Shown one piece after another: positions 1 through 13,264 of a stretch of DNA of 64,000 nt (the first letter of the stretch is position 1; the number at the start of each line of letters is the position of its first letter). A program made the position numbers and the translations under genes. Source of the stretch: Octopus sinensis (lineage: Eukaryota); the NCBI RefSeq assembly GCF_006345805.1, contig NC_043021.1:17918001-17982000 (forward strand). The letters run 5' to 3'. The notes under the pieces are model-generated. The model was not told the origin of the DNA. It was given only the letters and a program-made list of their open reading frames with translations, and did no database searches.

Positions 1-125
1 TCGAGGTCAACTTTGCCTTTCATCCTTTCGGGGTCAATAAATTAAGTACCGGTGAAACACTGGGGTCGAAGTAATTGACTATCCCTCTCCTCCAAATTTC
101 AGGCCTTGTGTTTATAGTAGAAAGG
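1..125 (+). mobile_element. tRNA-derived SINE, family B, 3' part
   Basis: Core GGTCAACTTTGCCTTTCATCCTTTCGGGGTCAATAAATTAAGTACC recurs more than 10 times in the window. Confidence 0.8.
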
Positions 126-127
126 AT

Positions 128-275
128 TTATGTCATTAATGTATGCAACAAACAAAACGGGATCAAGAACAGATCCCTGCGATACACCAGATGACATCAC
201 ATAGGATGAAGAAAGCTGTCCAAGAACCATGACTACCTCTTTTCGGCTTAGAATGAAGGACTCCAACCAGTTATA
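128..275 (-). mobile_element. LINE reverse transcriptase fragment (CR1/L2-like)
   Basis: NWLESFILSRKEVV...SSGVSQGSVLDPVLFVAYINDI matches the RT motif SGVPQGSVLGPxLFxxYINDL. Confidence 0.8.
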
Positions 276-539
276 TATGTATAGACACACACACATTCAC
301 ACACACACACACATACACACAGACACATGCACACACAATGTGACCCACCAGAAGTGCTCTGTGAGTGTGCTCTGAACACTTTGGTATTTTATATGCAAAA
401 GAAACCATGTCTAGTCATGTGGTTTACGCTACACATGCTGATACACATGCATAATCACATCATACACACAGATAATCGTCCACGCACATACATACATACT
501 CACACACACACATAAATACATACATACATACATATATAC

Positions 540-572
<33 letters not shown>

Positions 573-606
573 CATACACACACACACACATACATACATA
601 TATATG

Positions 607-988
607 TACTCTTTTACTTGTTTCAGTCATTTGACTGCGGCCATGCTGGAGCACCGCCTTTAGTCAAGCAAATCGACCCCGGGACTTATTCTTTGTAAGC
701 CCAGTACTCATTCTATCAGTCTCTTTTGCCGAACCGCTAAGTAATGGGGGACGTAAACACACCAGCATCGGTTGTCAAGCAATGCTAGGGGGACAAACAC
801 AGACACACAAACACACATACATATATATATGCATATATACGGCAGGCTTCTTTCAGTTTCCGTCTACCAAATCCACTCACAAGGCATTGGTCGGCCCGGG
901 GCTATAGCAGAAGACACTTGCCCAAGATGCCACGCAGTGGGACTGAACCCGGAACCATGTGGTTGGTTAGCAAGCTACTTACCACACA
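607..988 (-). mobile_element. tRNA-derived SINE, family A (about 400 bp, internal TA/TG microsatellite)
   Basis: Minus-strand head GTGTGGTAAGTAGCTTGC...GGGTTCAGTCCC (A/B-box like), CTTGGGCAAGTG core, GAAACAAGTAAAAGA tail; many copies. Confidence 0.85.
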
Positions 989-1486
989 ATGTGTTTGTGT
1001 ATTATTTACTCATACATATATATATGTATGTATGTATGCATGCATGTATGTATGCATGTGTGCGTGTGTGCATGCGTGTGTATGTGTGTGTATACAAGAA
1101 TGTATACTAGAAAAATCAGGCACCAAAAAAACCATACTTTCTGCTTCTGTTTACCTTTCAAGATTCTTAATTGTGTATTTGTGCGCATCCTTGTTTTAAT
1201 TCACACTAAGATACACTCACACACACACAATTTACTACACACACACACAATTTACTACACGCACACACATACATGTGAATATTAATGGCATGATACCCCT
1301 TTGAACACAGATACACATTTATTTCTATCAGTAAATAAAAGTGTGTTACACTGTAAAATTGCAATGTACTCATTATTTCTATATTCTTTTACAATATTTC
1401 TCTCTCCAAAGAGTAGTACATATTCATTTTCTGTATTATTTTAATGCTTAATTTTGAACATCTTCATACATACATACATACATACA

Positions 1487-1518
<32 letters not shown>

Positions 1519-1717
1519 CACAATCATACATTCACATGTATAGCATGTACAACATCGAACTATACATCTTAAACATATATTGTAATCATGCTTTCTAAAA
1601 TCTATAATATATATTATATATACATATATATATAAATCTGTAATATTTATTATATATAATATACATACATACATACATAAATACATATATGCATGCATAC
1701 ATACATATATACGTATG

Positions 1718-1749
<32 letters not shown>

Positions 1750-2111
1750 ATACTTACATAATATATACACACACATACACACATACATATATCAAGAGAT
1801 GAAAATACATATATTTTTTTCTTAAATGTCTTAGATTTAAAAATTGCACGAAAATTTTCATCGGGAAGTAAAATATACAATTTACACTAAAAATCTGAAG
1901 ATGTGGCAGTAAGCAGTGAAGAGAGGAGAAGAAAAAAAATGATTTTCCAAAGAAAAAAATATTGTTATTGATACATTAAATATCTTCTGCTGTTACAGTG
2001 GGTTATCACAATTTTTTTTTGTTGTCTTTTGGAAGTTTTTGTCTTCACTCCACACCATTTCTCATCTATCAATGAGATTAATACAGTTGAGAGTGGAAAT
2101 ATATATACAGC

Positions 2112-2136
2112 CTGTCTATCTATCTATCTATCTATC

Positions 2137-2193
<57 letters not shown>

Positions 2194-2338
2194 ATCTATC
2201 TATCTATCTATCTATCTATTTATCTATCTATCTATCTAGCTATCTATCTATCTATCTATCTATATCTATTTATCTATCTATCTCCATCTATCTATATCTA
2301 TCTATCTATCTATCTATATCTATCTATCTATCTATCTA

Positions 2339-2412
<74 letters not shown>

Positions 2413-2428
2413 CCTATCTATCTATCTA
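2112..2428. repeat. (TCTA)n/(TA)n microsatellite
   Basis: Directly visible. Confidence 0.95.
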
Positions 2429-3408
2429 CAGGGTGTGGTGAATAAATTGTCATCTAAATTATGCAAAAATAAAAATAACACTGGATCTCATTTTAACAAA
2501 TATATTTACCAAAATTAAATAAAAATATTTTGAAATACTAAAGAGTAAATTTATTCAATAAAATTGCTATTTGCTTCAACCACAGCCTCCAGTAGACTTT
2601 AGAATCTCCTGCAACTCTTCTGGACAGTCTCCTTGCTGAAGTTCGTGAATGCTGCCATAATCCTTGCCTTCAGTTCATCTTTGGTGTTACAAGGAGTTTT
2701 GTTGGTCTCTCACTTGACTGCGCCTCACACATAATAATCGAGGGGGTTGCAGTCTGGGGAGTTAGGTGGCCAGGTGTTAGGGGCAATGTGGTTACAGAAA
2801 TTGTCTGACAGCCGTGACTGGGTTCTCCTGTGGCATGGTCTTCCATCAGCCACCCTTTTAACCCAGGGCAGCACTACCTCCTCCAAGCACTTGATGTAGG
2901 CTTCCGTATTGAGTCTTAGGCAGTGTGGGAAGACGAATGGAAGCATAATGTCACCATCACTCTAAACACCGTGATGTTGACTGGATGTTTGATTTTTATC
3001 ACTCTCGGTAGATGTTTCGGGGACACGACAAGCCAACAGTTGTTCTGTGTGTTCACCATCTGATCCTGGCAGAAAATGTTCTCATCTGAGAAAAACCAAA
3101 GCATATTTAGTTGGAGGGGATGTTTGAGTTTGTTCAAACCTTTGTAGCATGGTCTTACCTCTTGTCCTTAATGGCTTGGGATAAAAATTGGCCCTTTTTC
3201 TTTTTGTATGAAGAATACCTAATGTCTTCATACACTACCTGCCTGATAAGAAACTCAGACACTCTCATGTTCCTGGTGATCAACCTGATTGACTTAAAGG
3301 GATTGTTGTCAATCATGGCCAGGATCTCACCAACAAATTCAGGAGTTCTTTTCTAAGCAGAAAGATGAGAATGAGTTTTCCATTCATAATAACCATTAGA
3401 CTCATCCA
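2429..3408 (-). mobile_element. Decayed Tc1/mariner-superfamily transposon (maT/DD37D-like), 5' end lost
   Basis: TA|CAGGGTGTGGTGAATAAATTGTC terminus at 2429; frameshifted motifs WFFSDENIFCQD and WPPNSPDCNPLDYYV; stop at 2551-2553; region of the second catalytic Asp appears deleted. Confidence 0.85.
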
Positions 3409-3499
3409 ACTATATATATATATATAAGTAGCGGCAGGCAAAATACCGCTAAGCATTTCACTCGGCGTACTAACGTTTCTGCTAGCTCGCACTTCTTTA

Positions 3500-3670
3500 C
3501 ACATCTGTCCACATCCATACGCATCACATGACCATATACCAGCACTGTCATCCCTCTTGTACCCCTGTGACCAATACTTCTTCATTAATGGCCTTTCATC
3601 AGATGTGCTGAGGTCTTGAAGGTGTTCGTCCAGCTCTGCCGATTTTACTCTACATAACAAACCACTCACT
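3500..3670 (-). mobile_element. RTE-clade LINE C-terminal fragment
   Basis: Minus strand encodes YGHVMRMD, the same motif as WYGHVARMD at 40.1 kb. Confidence 0.55.
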
Positions 3671-3957
3671 GTTCAATAACTGGCTTTATTTCTTCTTTAA
3701 CAAGCAAACAAGTAAACTACACAGGCCCTTAAGGGAACATTAATTGGATTGCTCAGACTGCTAAAAATAGTAGCTAACATTTTCTCAAAGCAAAATGCTA
3801 CAACTTTGGAAAAGAGAGAACAAATTGATTAATGTGGTCCTGGATATGTTTTGTCTGAAAAATAAAGATGAGACAGTCATATCTGGGAAGCCTTTTATCA
3901 TAGGTCTTCTAAATCAGGCCTCACTTGCGTTTAAACAACATCACTTGCCCATGAAAG

Positions 3958-4665
3958 CTTGGGTAAATATTGGTTTCAAATTTTGACACAAAGCCAGCAA
4001 TTTCAGGGGAGGGGTAAATTGATTACATTGCCCCTTCAGTGCTCAACTTGTACCCTTTTCATTGATCCCAAAAGGATGAAAGGCAAAGTTGATCTCTGTG
4101 GAATTTGAACTCAAAGCATAAAGATGGACCAAATGCTGCTAAGCATTTTGCCTGACGTGCTAATGATTCTGCCAGCTTGCTGTCTTAATTTGGGTAAATA
4201 TTGGTTTACATTTGGGTTCAAGGTCAGTAATTTTGCGGGAGGGGCTAAGTTGATTACATTGTCCCCAGTGCTTGCTTGAATGGAACTTATATTATTGACC
4301 TTGAAAGGCTAAAAGGCAAAATTGGCCTTGGAGGAATTTGAACTCAGAATGTAAAGATAGACAAAATGCCACTAAGCATTTTTTATCCCAGGATGCTAAG
4401 AATTCTTCCAGCTTGTCACCTTAACTTGGGTAAATATTGATTTCAAATTATGGCACAAGGCCAGCAATTTCAGGGGAGGGGTATGCCCACTCTGTTGATC
4501 CCAGTGCTCAACTGGTGTTTATTTTATTGACACCGAAAGAATGAAAGGCAAAGTTGACCTTGGCAGAATTTGAACTCAGAACATGAAGACGGATGAAAAA
4601 CCGATAAGCATTTCACCCGACATGCTAATGATTCTGCCAGCTCACTGCCTTAAATTGGATAAATA
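3958..4665 (-). mobile_element. Three head-to-tail diverged family B SINE copies (about 235 bp period)
   Basis: Units bounded by TTGG(G/A)TAAATATT near 3959, 4190, 4427 and 4655. Confidence 0.8.
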
Positions 4666-6214
4666 TTAATGCCATTTCTATCCTACTCAGCGCCAGAAAT
4701 TTTTGGTTTCATCTCCATGATACCATAATACAAAAATGACTGAGAACCACAAGAATGAAAAATCAGTGCTTGACAGGTTCTTTCTTTTATTGATCCTAGA
4801 AGAATGAAAGACAAAGGTAATGTTAGTGGGATTTGAACCTAAGACATAAAACAATGTAACTAAACACCAGAGAAACTTTGTCTGATAATTTCATTTTTTT
4901 TTTGTACTTTTGAAAAGTTTATCTTTGAAAAGAGAAGTGATTGAACAAACATCCAAAAGGTACCAATGGAACTTTATTTAGAACACCTCATCAAGAAAAC
5001 AGAATAGTCAAGAGTATACACTGGAAAGCCTATTTCTGCTAATAAAACATCCACAGATAAATTCTGTTTCAAGACTCTGCTTCTTGGATCTGATAAGATG
5101 GGCCTGTCCTTTGTCTTCTTTTTCTTATTTACCACATTGATGTTGTTTCTCTCTCTGTTGTTATTCTTGCAGTGATTGTTGTTTAGTTTCACCATTCAGG
5201 ACAGCAGTCACAATTGAATAGATCCATGATTGTAGGCATTCTAGCCATGGCCATCCTGTCTTTTTTTAAATTCAGAGACTTCCATTTTTTGATAAATTAT
5301 GTGATCAGAGGGCAATTTGTCTGCTATTTCTAGCAAACCAGGCCACTGCAGAGAGGCTTCCCTTGTTATATCTCAGTATCAAAGTCTCAATAACCAACAT
5401 TTCTTTCGTTTCATGATAACTTATTATGCATGAATTTATTTATTTTTTTAAATTCTATTTCTATAAATATTTGTATTTATATATTTTCATTTAGGAAACC
5501 ATGCTCAAGCTGACAGTGAGCCCCTGTCACTTGTTGGACCCTGTCAAACCATCCAACTTAAGCAAGCATGGAAAACAGACATTAAATGATGACAATGATA
5601 TGATGATGATTACAATGATGCCGACGATGATGATGATTTATTAATTAATTATTTGTATTTTTAAATTTCGTTTTTTGGCCTCACCCTAAAGCCTGCCCTT
5701 TCTATCAATGACATCCACCCTTGCAACTGTTTTCTCAATTATTTTATTTTATTTTTTTTTAAGTCCTTGCTGTTGTTGTTATTGTTGTTGGTGGTGGTGT
5801 GTGTGTGTGGGCTGGTGGTAATCGAGCGATCCACACTTATCCTTCTTTCTCTCTCCTCCTCCTTTTTTCTCTTTTTCTTTATCCCTTTCTTTCATTTTCT
5901 TCTGTTCTGTTCTTTCTTTCTTTCCTTTCTTTCTCTCTTTCACAAATTTCGTTTGTTTTTCATTCTTTCTATCATTTCGTTTTTCTTTCATACTTTTATT
6001 TTGTTTCATACTTTCTTTTCTTCATTATTTTTTCTTTCTTTTCTTCGAACCGGCTGTCTTCTTTTGTTATTTCTTTCCCAATTTGCTTCCTCACTGACTT
6101 CACTTCTCTGTCTCTCTATCTTTCTATCTAACCATCCATCCATCCATCTGTCTGTCCCTCTCTCTCTCTCTTTATATATATATATACACACACACACATA
6201 TATATATGTATATA

Positions 6215-6253
<39 letters not shown>

Positions 6254-6331
6254 TCAATATAGGGTGGCAAAAAAATTTTGTAGAATTTTTTTGCCACCAA
6301 AAAATTAAATAGTCATAGACCATTTTTAAGT

Positions 6332-6499
<168 letters not shown>

Positions 6500-6720
6500 C
6501 TTTATTTAAAGCAGCAGAAAATTCAACAAAACCTGTTACTCTGAGTTTCCCGTTGCCGTTCATCGGACAGTTTTTGAAAAACTGTCCGATGAACGGGAAC
6601 GTGAAACTCAGAGTAACAGGTTTTGTTGAATTTTCTGCTGCTTTAAATAAAGCACATTACTCTACCACTGGTATTTGAGTACTCTTTTTTCCACCTTGTT
6701 TCACATTTATGTGTTTACTC

Positions 6721-6722
<2 letters not shown>
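6500..6722 (+). mobile_element. Penelope-type terminal-repeat fold-back (76-bp arms) in (TA)n
   Basis: Arms 6500-6575 and 6577-6652 with 2 mismatches; each arm carries a hammerhead motif; (TA)n on both flanks. Confidence 0.7.
6582..6619 (+). ncRNA. Type I hammerhead ribozyme motif (CCGAUGA core variant)
   Basis: CTGT-CCGATGA-ACGggaaCGT-GAAA-CTCaGAG-TA-ACAG; stems I, II and III can all pair. Confidence 0.7.
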
Positions 6723-6761
<39 letters not shown>

Positions 6762-7240
6762 CATTTATATATCTACCTACCTATCTATCTGCCTGTCTGT
6801 GTGCCTGTCTGCCATATTTCCCCCGCTTGTTGAGTCTAATGACTTCATTATCAACTTTAATGAGACGGCTGTCAGTGCAATCTCATCATCACTTCTCTAA
6901 CTCCTCTCTATTTCTGTATTTATGTACACAGACACACAGAACACACACTCATCACTTAAATTTAAAACTATAAAATACACACTCACACACACACACGTGC
7001 ACTGGTGTTATCGCTGTTGTTTTTTGACTTTGGGTCGGACACCATCTTGGCTCTCCAACCTTTGACCCAGTATAATACTACTTTCAGATTTTAGCACAAG
7101 GCCAGCAATTTGGAGGGAGGAGGTCAGTCGATTACTCTGATCCCAGTGATCAAGTGGTACTTATTTTATTCACCCCTTAAAGGGCCTTGACTCTGCCTTT
7201 CATCCTTTGACCCTGTATAATACTGAGGATATAACACCTG

Positions 7241-7307
<67 letters not shown>

Positions 7308-7399
7308 GGGGCTGCATCAACACTTGGCTCGTACTCATTTTTGTTCAGGAATGAAATTCATAAAGTTGTGACCACGAGGTCAATACCCTGACCAGTGGT

Positions 7400-7590
7400 G
7401 AGCAGTTGTAAAGTCACAATTTTGGCTAGAAAAAAGAGTCACAATTAATTTATGGGGGCTGGTAATAAAGTCACAGGGAAAAAAGGTCACATTTAATTAA
7501 TGGGATCCAGACAAAACCCTCCTAGGACAAAATCCCCTCGGACAGAATCCCTGTGTCTTTTTTCTGTGACTTTATCACCTGGATTCTGAC
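7400..7590. repeat. Dispersed MITE-like repeat with AAAGTCACA sub-repeats
   Basis: Near-identical segment at 12957-13030; inverted ATAAAGTCACAG / CTGTGACTTTAT. Confidence 0.5.
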
Positions 7591-7783
7591 CATTAGGCCA
7601 TGCTCTTTTACAAATGAAAAATGTGGATCTCAAATATACCACATCAAGAATCATCCGGTCAAGCTTGTTTTGCTACTCATTATGATACCATATCATATTC
7701 ATAAGGTCAGCAACATTCTGCAGAGTCACTGAGACAATCAGATGTCCTGAGAGATAACTTGTGATAAATATTCTATAAGAAAC

Positions 7784-8178
7784 ATAGGGATGGCTGCGTG
7801 GTAAGAAGTTTCACTCCTAAACATATAGTTCTGGGTTCAGTCCCACTGTGTGACACCTTGGACAAGAGTCTTCTACTATAACCTTGGACAAACCAAAGCC
7901 TTGTGAGTGGGTTTGTTTGGCAGGTGTAGAAAGAAGCCTGTTGTATATATGTATATATATTTATATGGGTGTGTCTTTGTGTTTGTCCCTCATCTCTGCT
8001 TGAAAACCAGTGTAGGTGTGTTTACATCCCTGTAACTTAACAGTTCAGCAAAAGGAACCGTTAGAATAAGTACCAGGCTTAAAAGAAAAATAAGTACCGG
8101 GATCGATTCTTCGACTAAAATTTTTCAAGTCAGTGCCCCAGCATGGGCATAGTCGAAAGATCAAAACAAGTAAAAGAG
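7784..8178 (+). mobile_element. Family A SINE
   Basis: Similarity to 607-988. Confidence 0.8.
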
Positions 8179-8204
8179 AAAACATTTAGATCAGTTCAAA
8201 TATA

Positions 8205-8440
8205 TTTATTTCTTTATTGCCCACAAGGGGCTAAACATAGAGGGGACAAACAAGGACAGACAAAGATGTTAAGTCGATTACATCGACCCCAGTGCGTAAC
8301 TGGTACTTATTTAATCAACCCTGCAAGGATGAAAGGCAAAGTCGACCTCGGCGGAATTTGAACTCAGAACACAAAGACAGACAAAATGCCGCTAAGCATT
8401 TCTCCCAGCGTGCTAACTTTTCTACCACTCACCGCTTTTA
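8205..8440 (-). mobile_element. Family B SINE
   Basis: Family core plus head. Confidence 0.8.
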
Positions 8441-8654
8441 TGCCAGCTTGCAAATATATTAGGGGCATTTTTGATCTGTACAAAGGTTTTGGAGAGCATT
8501 TCTCACTTTAGGCAATAGGTGTTAAAGAACACCAACAGTCATTTCATGGCAACCTCAGATGCAGCAGTGAATGCATTTCTCACTTCTTGGCCATCATCAG
8601 CACCAAATACCACAAGAGAGACAACTCTGAAATGCCTCTGGAAGCTTCATTTCA

Positions 8655-8940
8655 TCATCATCATCATCATCATCATCACCATTATCATTTAATGTCCATC
8701 TCCCATGCCAGCATTGGTTCAACAGTTTGATAGGAGCTGGCAAGTCAGAGGCGTGCACCAGGCTCCAGCTGCCTGATCCAGCATGGTTTCTATGGTTGGA
8801 TGCTCTTCCTGACACCAATCACATCACAGAATGTACTGGGTGCTTTTTATGCGACATCAGCACAGGCGCTTTTTGCATGGCACCAACACGGATGCCTTTT
8901 ATGTGGTGCCAGTACGGGTACTTTCTACCCGATGCCAGTA
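8655..8940 (-). mobile_element. RTE-type 3' UTR/tail element (family C, (GAT)n tail)
   Basis: Similar to the 3' UTR of the RTE remnant at 39420-40128. Confidence 0.65.
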
Positions 8941-9165
8941 TAGGTACTTCTTACCCAGAAACATGAACTGATTGTGTGCAATGCTGACCAAGGCTAGAAC
9001 AAAATATTGTAGTAAGTATACAAAAGCGGCGTTGTGAATAAACAAACATTTAGATCAATACAAATAGTTCAAATCTGTTTGGAATGTATTTGACCTGTAC
9101 AAAGGCCATATTCACTGCTGTTGAGAAGGCAGCCATTGAGAACATTTCTGCCTTTTACCACTTTC

Positions 9166-9600
9166 GGATCTTTTCGGTTTGAACGGCAGTTTGTAACATA
9201 ATTTCTAGGTAACTAAAAAATTTTAAACTTCGTATACTGGTAGAAATGTGTTTATAAAACATCATTTTCTCTTGGCTTTATTGAGAAAATTCTATAGTTT
9301 GTAACATATTTCGTCTTTAATTTCTTGCATTTCAGCAATTTTAACCAATCGATTACCTCCATTGACGTAAACAACATTCCGTGCCGTATGAATATGTCCC
9401 TCGTTTAAGAAACAGATTGGGTTTATTTACATTTGTGAAGAAAAAAAGATACCCTTCCCCCACCCCTAACCCTAACCCTAACCCTAAATCTAAAATAGAT
9501 TGAAATGCAATAGATCGATACTAGGGTTATAATTATGGGTGACAATTTCATATGACACCGCTAGGAAAAACTCCCATTTTCGTTCAAACCGAAAAGATCC
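9166..9600. mobile_element. MITE with GG termini and 8-bp TSD (Merlin-like), carrying (CCCTAA)n
   Basis: TIRs GGATCTTTTCGGTTTGAACG / CGTTCAAACCGAAAAGATCC; TSD CCACTTTC / CCACCTTC; superfamily assignment is inference. Confidence 0.85.
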
Positions 9601-9787
9601 CCACCTTCTCCCAAGTTTTCCTCATTTTTACTCTTGGGCAGATTCCATTAACTTGAAGGGCTCAGCACTTTCATATGCAGTTGTTATCCTCCATATCCTT
9701 CACATGCCCATATTTATGCAACCTCCTCTCTTGTACCCTAAAACCAAATTCCTTTAGTCCCCATTATATGATGTGTGTATATATATA

Positions 9788-10197
9788 TATCTTTACTACC
9801 CACAAGGGGCTAAACACAGATGGGGCAATAAGACAGACAAAGGGATTATGTCGATTACATCGACCCCAGTGCGTAGCTGGAACTTAATTTATCGACCCCG
9901 AAAGGATGAAAGGCAAAGTCGACCTCGGCGGAATTTGAACTCAGAACGTAACGGCAGGTGAAATACTGCTAAGCATTTTTCCCGGCATGCTAATGTTTCT
10001 TATTTCTTTATTGCCCACAAGGGGCTAAACATAGAGGGGACAAACAAGGACAGACAAACGGATTAAGTCGATTATATCGACCCCAGTGCGTAACTGGTAC
10101 TTGTTTAATCGATCCCGAAAGGATGAAAGGTGATGTCGACCTTGGCGGAATTTGAACTCAGAACGTAACGGCAGACGAAATACTGCTAAGCATACTG
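9788..10197 (-). mobile_element. Family B SINE tandem dimer
   Basis: Two consecutive cores, junction near 10000. Confidence 0.85.
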
Positions 10198-10841
10198 ATA
10201 TGCGTATGTATATATGCATGTATCTGTGTGTGTGCGAGCGTGTATATGGAGTTGTCCATGTGTTTGTTTACCTTTGCCCTTCTTGGGTGGTGGTGGTTGT
10301 GGTGGGAGACAGTTGTAGTCATTTCTACTGTCAACATATCACCAGTTGCTGGCTTTGCCCCTTTTAAAAGCTTGTGAAATAAGAGATGCTTAACTTGAAA
10401 AGCAGGTCAGGGTTTGCGGCAGAAGGGCTTCTAAATGGAGGCCCTTGGATGCCTTTAACCTCAATAACTTACTTATCTAACTAATTCTAGCATAGAAAAT
10501 GAGTGTGAAGTCGAACGATTGAAAGGTAACTTGGTTTAAACACTACAAATGGTCCTTGTACTATTATATCCCTGAACATCAAAGAAAACTGCAGAAATTT
10601 TAATAACTATTCTAGTGTCTTTGATACAGACCGATTTACTATGTTCTTCATCAAAGGATTGTGTCTCTTTGATGTGGTTCCTTGAAACTCATGATTTCGA
10701 TAGAGAGGAATTAGATCATGGATACCTTTTTAAAGTTCTTAAGAAGATAAAGGACGCTAAGGAAACAGCCATGTTATGGTAAAGAACCCTCAGATAATCT
10801 TGACAGTTGGCTTTTTCTGTGTGCATGTGTGTAATCATTGA

Positions 10842-10876
<35 letters not shown>

Positions 10877-10912
10877 AAATTAAAATTTAAAATGTATTTG
10901 GGAGTTTGTGAT

Positions 10913-10977
<65 letters not shown>

Positions 10978-11031
10978 TCATCTACACACTCACACACACA
11001 TGTATATAAATACATACCTGATTTCACATTT

Positions 11032-11183
11032 GTAGGCGTGGTAAGAAACTTGCTTCTCAACCACATGGTTCTGGGTTCAGTTCCACTGCGTGACACCTTA
11101 CGCAAGAGTCTTCTACTATAGTCTCGGGCCGAACAAAGCCTTGTGAGTGGATTTGGTAGACGGAAACTGAAAGAAGCCCGTCG

Positions 11184-11214
<31 letters not shown>

Positions 11215-11925
11215 ATGTGTGTATGCATGTATGTACATATATATATATACACACACACACATATATATATATGTATATACATATACACATATATATATAA
11301 TCTGCGTGTATCTGTTTGTCCCCCCACCCCACCCCACCATCGCTTGACAACTGATGCTGGTGTGTTTACGTCCCGCGTAAGATAGCGGTTCGGCATAAAA
11401 CACCGATAGAATAAGTTCTAGGCTTACAAAGAATAAGTCCTGGCGCCGAATTCTTCGATTAAACCGCTTTAAGGCGGTGCTCTAGCATGGCCGCAGTCAA
11501 ACGATTGAAACAAGTAAAAAAAAGTAAAAGAAGAGTGACTGTGTGGTAAGTAGCTTGTTTACCAACCACATGGTTCCGGGTTCAGTCCCACTGCGTGGCA
11601 CCTTGGGCAAGAGTCTTCTACTATAGCCTCGGGCCGACCAAAGCCTTGTGAGTGGATTTGGTAGACGGAAAATGAAAGAAGCCCGTCGTATATATGTATA
11701 TATATATATATGCGTGTGTGTGTCTGTGTTTGTCCCCCTAGCATTGCTTGACAACCGATGCTGGTGTGTTTATGTCCCCGTTACTTAGCGGTTCGGCAAA
11801 AAGAGACCGATAGAATAAGTACTGGGCTTACAAAAGAATAAGTCCCGGGGTCGAGTTGCTCGATTAAAGGTGGTGCTCCAGCATGGCTGCAGTCAACTAA
11901 AAGGGTAAAAGAGAGTAAAGAGAGT
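11032..11925 (+). mobile_element. Two adjacent family A SINEs
   Basis: Heads near 11032 and 11532, each ending in a GTAAAA(GA) tail. Confidence 0.85.
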
Positions 11926-13136
11926 ATATATATATATATATATATATACACCTACACGTAAATGTACACTTTACAAATACAATAGTGTAGTATATATATA
12001 TAGGACACGGAAATATTTACTTCGTATTTTGTGTATGTGACGAGTGCGAATGAGTATCAATTGTATGTATGCATGTGTGTATACATATGTGTGTATGTGT
12101 ATGCGAGAAAGATTCTATTTATATCCCGTGTATACACCATCTGAACAGCAGTATGGAATTACTTATTAAAGGCGATGATGTTAGCAGGCAATATAGCATT
12201 ATTTCCTCTTGATAATGTATTTGCCCTGATTTCGACACTTGCCATATCTGACCGCCAAAATTTCTACCCCGCCTACACAACCGCTTTCTGTTTTTTCCCT
12301 CTTCATTTCGACGCCTGCAAAACAACAACAATAAGAGCAAAAGATAATTACATCACGAACATTAACAACAACAACAGCAGCAACAATAATAATATAATAA
12401 ACTGGACTAACAATAACAATATCAGCAGTAATATGAAAATTAACGGGGGGAGTCTCTTTAGTGTCATTTAAACGGCTAGAAATAGCAGCCTAATCGCCCT
12501 CAAATCACATCATCCTGCAGCAACATTTCCACCACCTCTCCCGCCCCAGGGATTCGTGAAAAGAACTCTGGAGTTCCGTAGACATGGCTCTATGGTTAAG
12601 AAGTTCGCTTCGCAACCATGTGGTTCCGGGTTCGCTCCCACTGCGCGGCACTTTGGACAAGAGTTTTCTAAATATATCCCCGGTCTGATCAATACCTTGT
12701 GAGTAGATTTAGTAGACGGAGTAAATTCTCTAAGAAATTTGGTTTATTTTATTGTCTAATTAAAATTAGCCGGTTTAATAAGTGAAGTGGGTGTTGTCCG
12801 TAAAATATAAGGGTGAGGTCTGCGATTTTTGAAAAATCGTAAAAGTACTTAGCGAACCGCTGACCCTGTATTATTATTGGATAATATAATTCGCCATACG
12901 TTGTCTGATTAATAGATGGTCATGGTTGGAATGCCCTTGTCATAGCATTTCTCACTTTATGGGGGCTGGTAATAAAGTCTCAGTGAAAAAAGTCACATTT
13001 AATTTATGGGATCCAGACAAAATCCCCCTGATCAAGACTGACCTGGGGCTAAACAATAGCAACACTAATATAAATCGCGAAATTCACTCCACTTAACTGT
13101 ATATAAGGGTGTATATGTGCGTGTGTATATAATAGG

Positions 13137-13264
13137 GGCGGAGGTAAAGAATACGTACGCCACTCGTTTTCGGCGTAGCAAAACCCTAACCTTAACCCTA
13201 AACCCCAACCTTAACCCTAAACCCTAACCCTAAACACCAGGGGTACTTATTCTCTATTTTCGCC
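13137..13264. mobile_element. Small MITE with telomere-like core
   Basis: Imperfect TIRs GGCGGAGGTAAAGAATACGTAC / GTACTTATTCTCTATTTTCGCC; flanks TATAATAG / TATGATAG; internal AACCCT(A/AA) array. Confidence 0.65.

Noticed and set aside
5767-6249. 160-aa hydrophobic ORF resembling a multi-pass membrane protein
   Set aside because: T/C-rich low-complexity DNA running into (TA)n; no domain signal
13182-13233. Telomere or chromosome-fusion scar
   Set aside because: Short, degenerate and enclosed by MITE TIRs and a TSD
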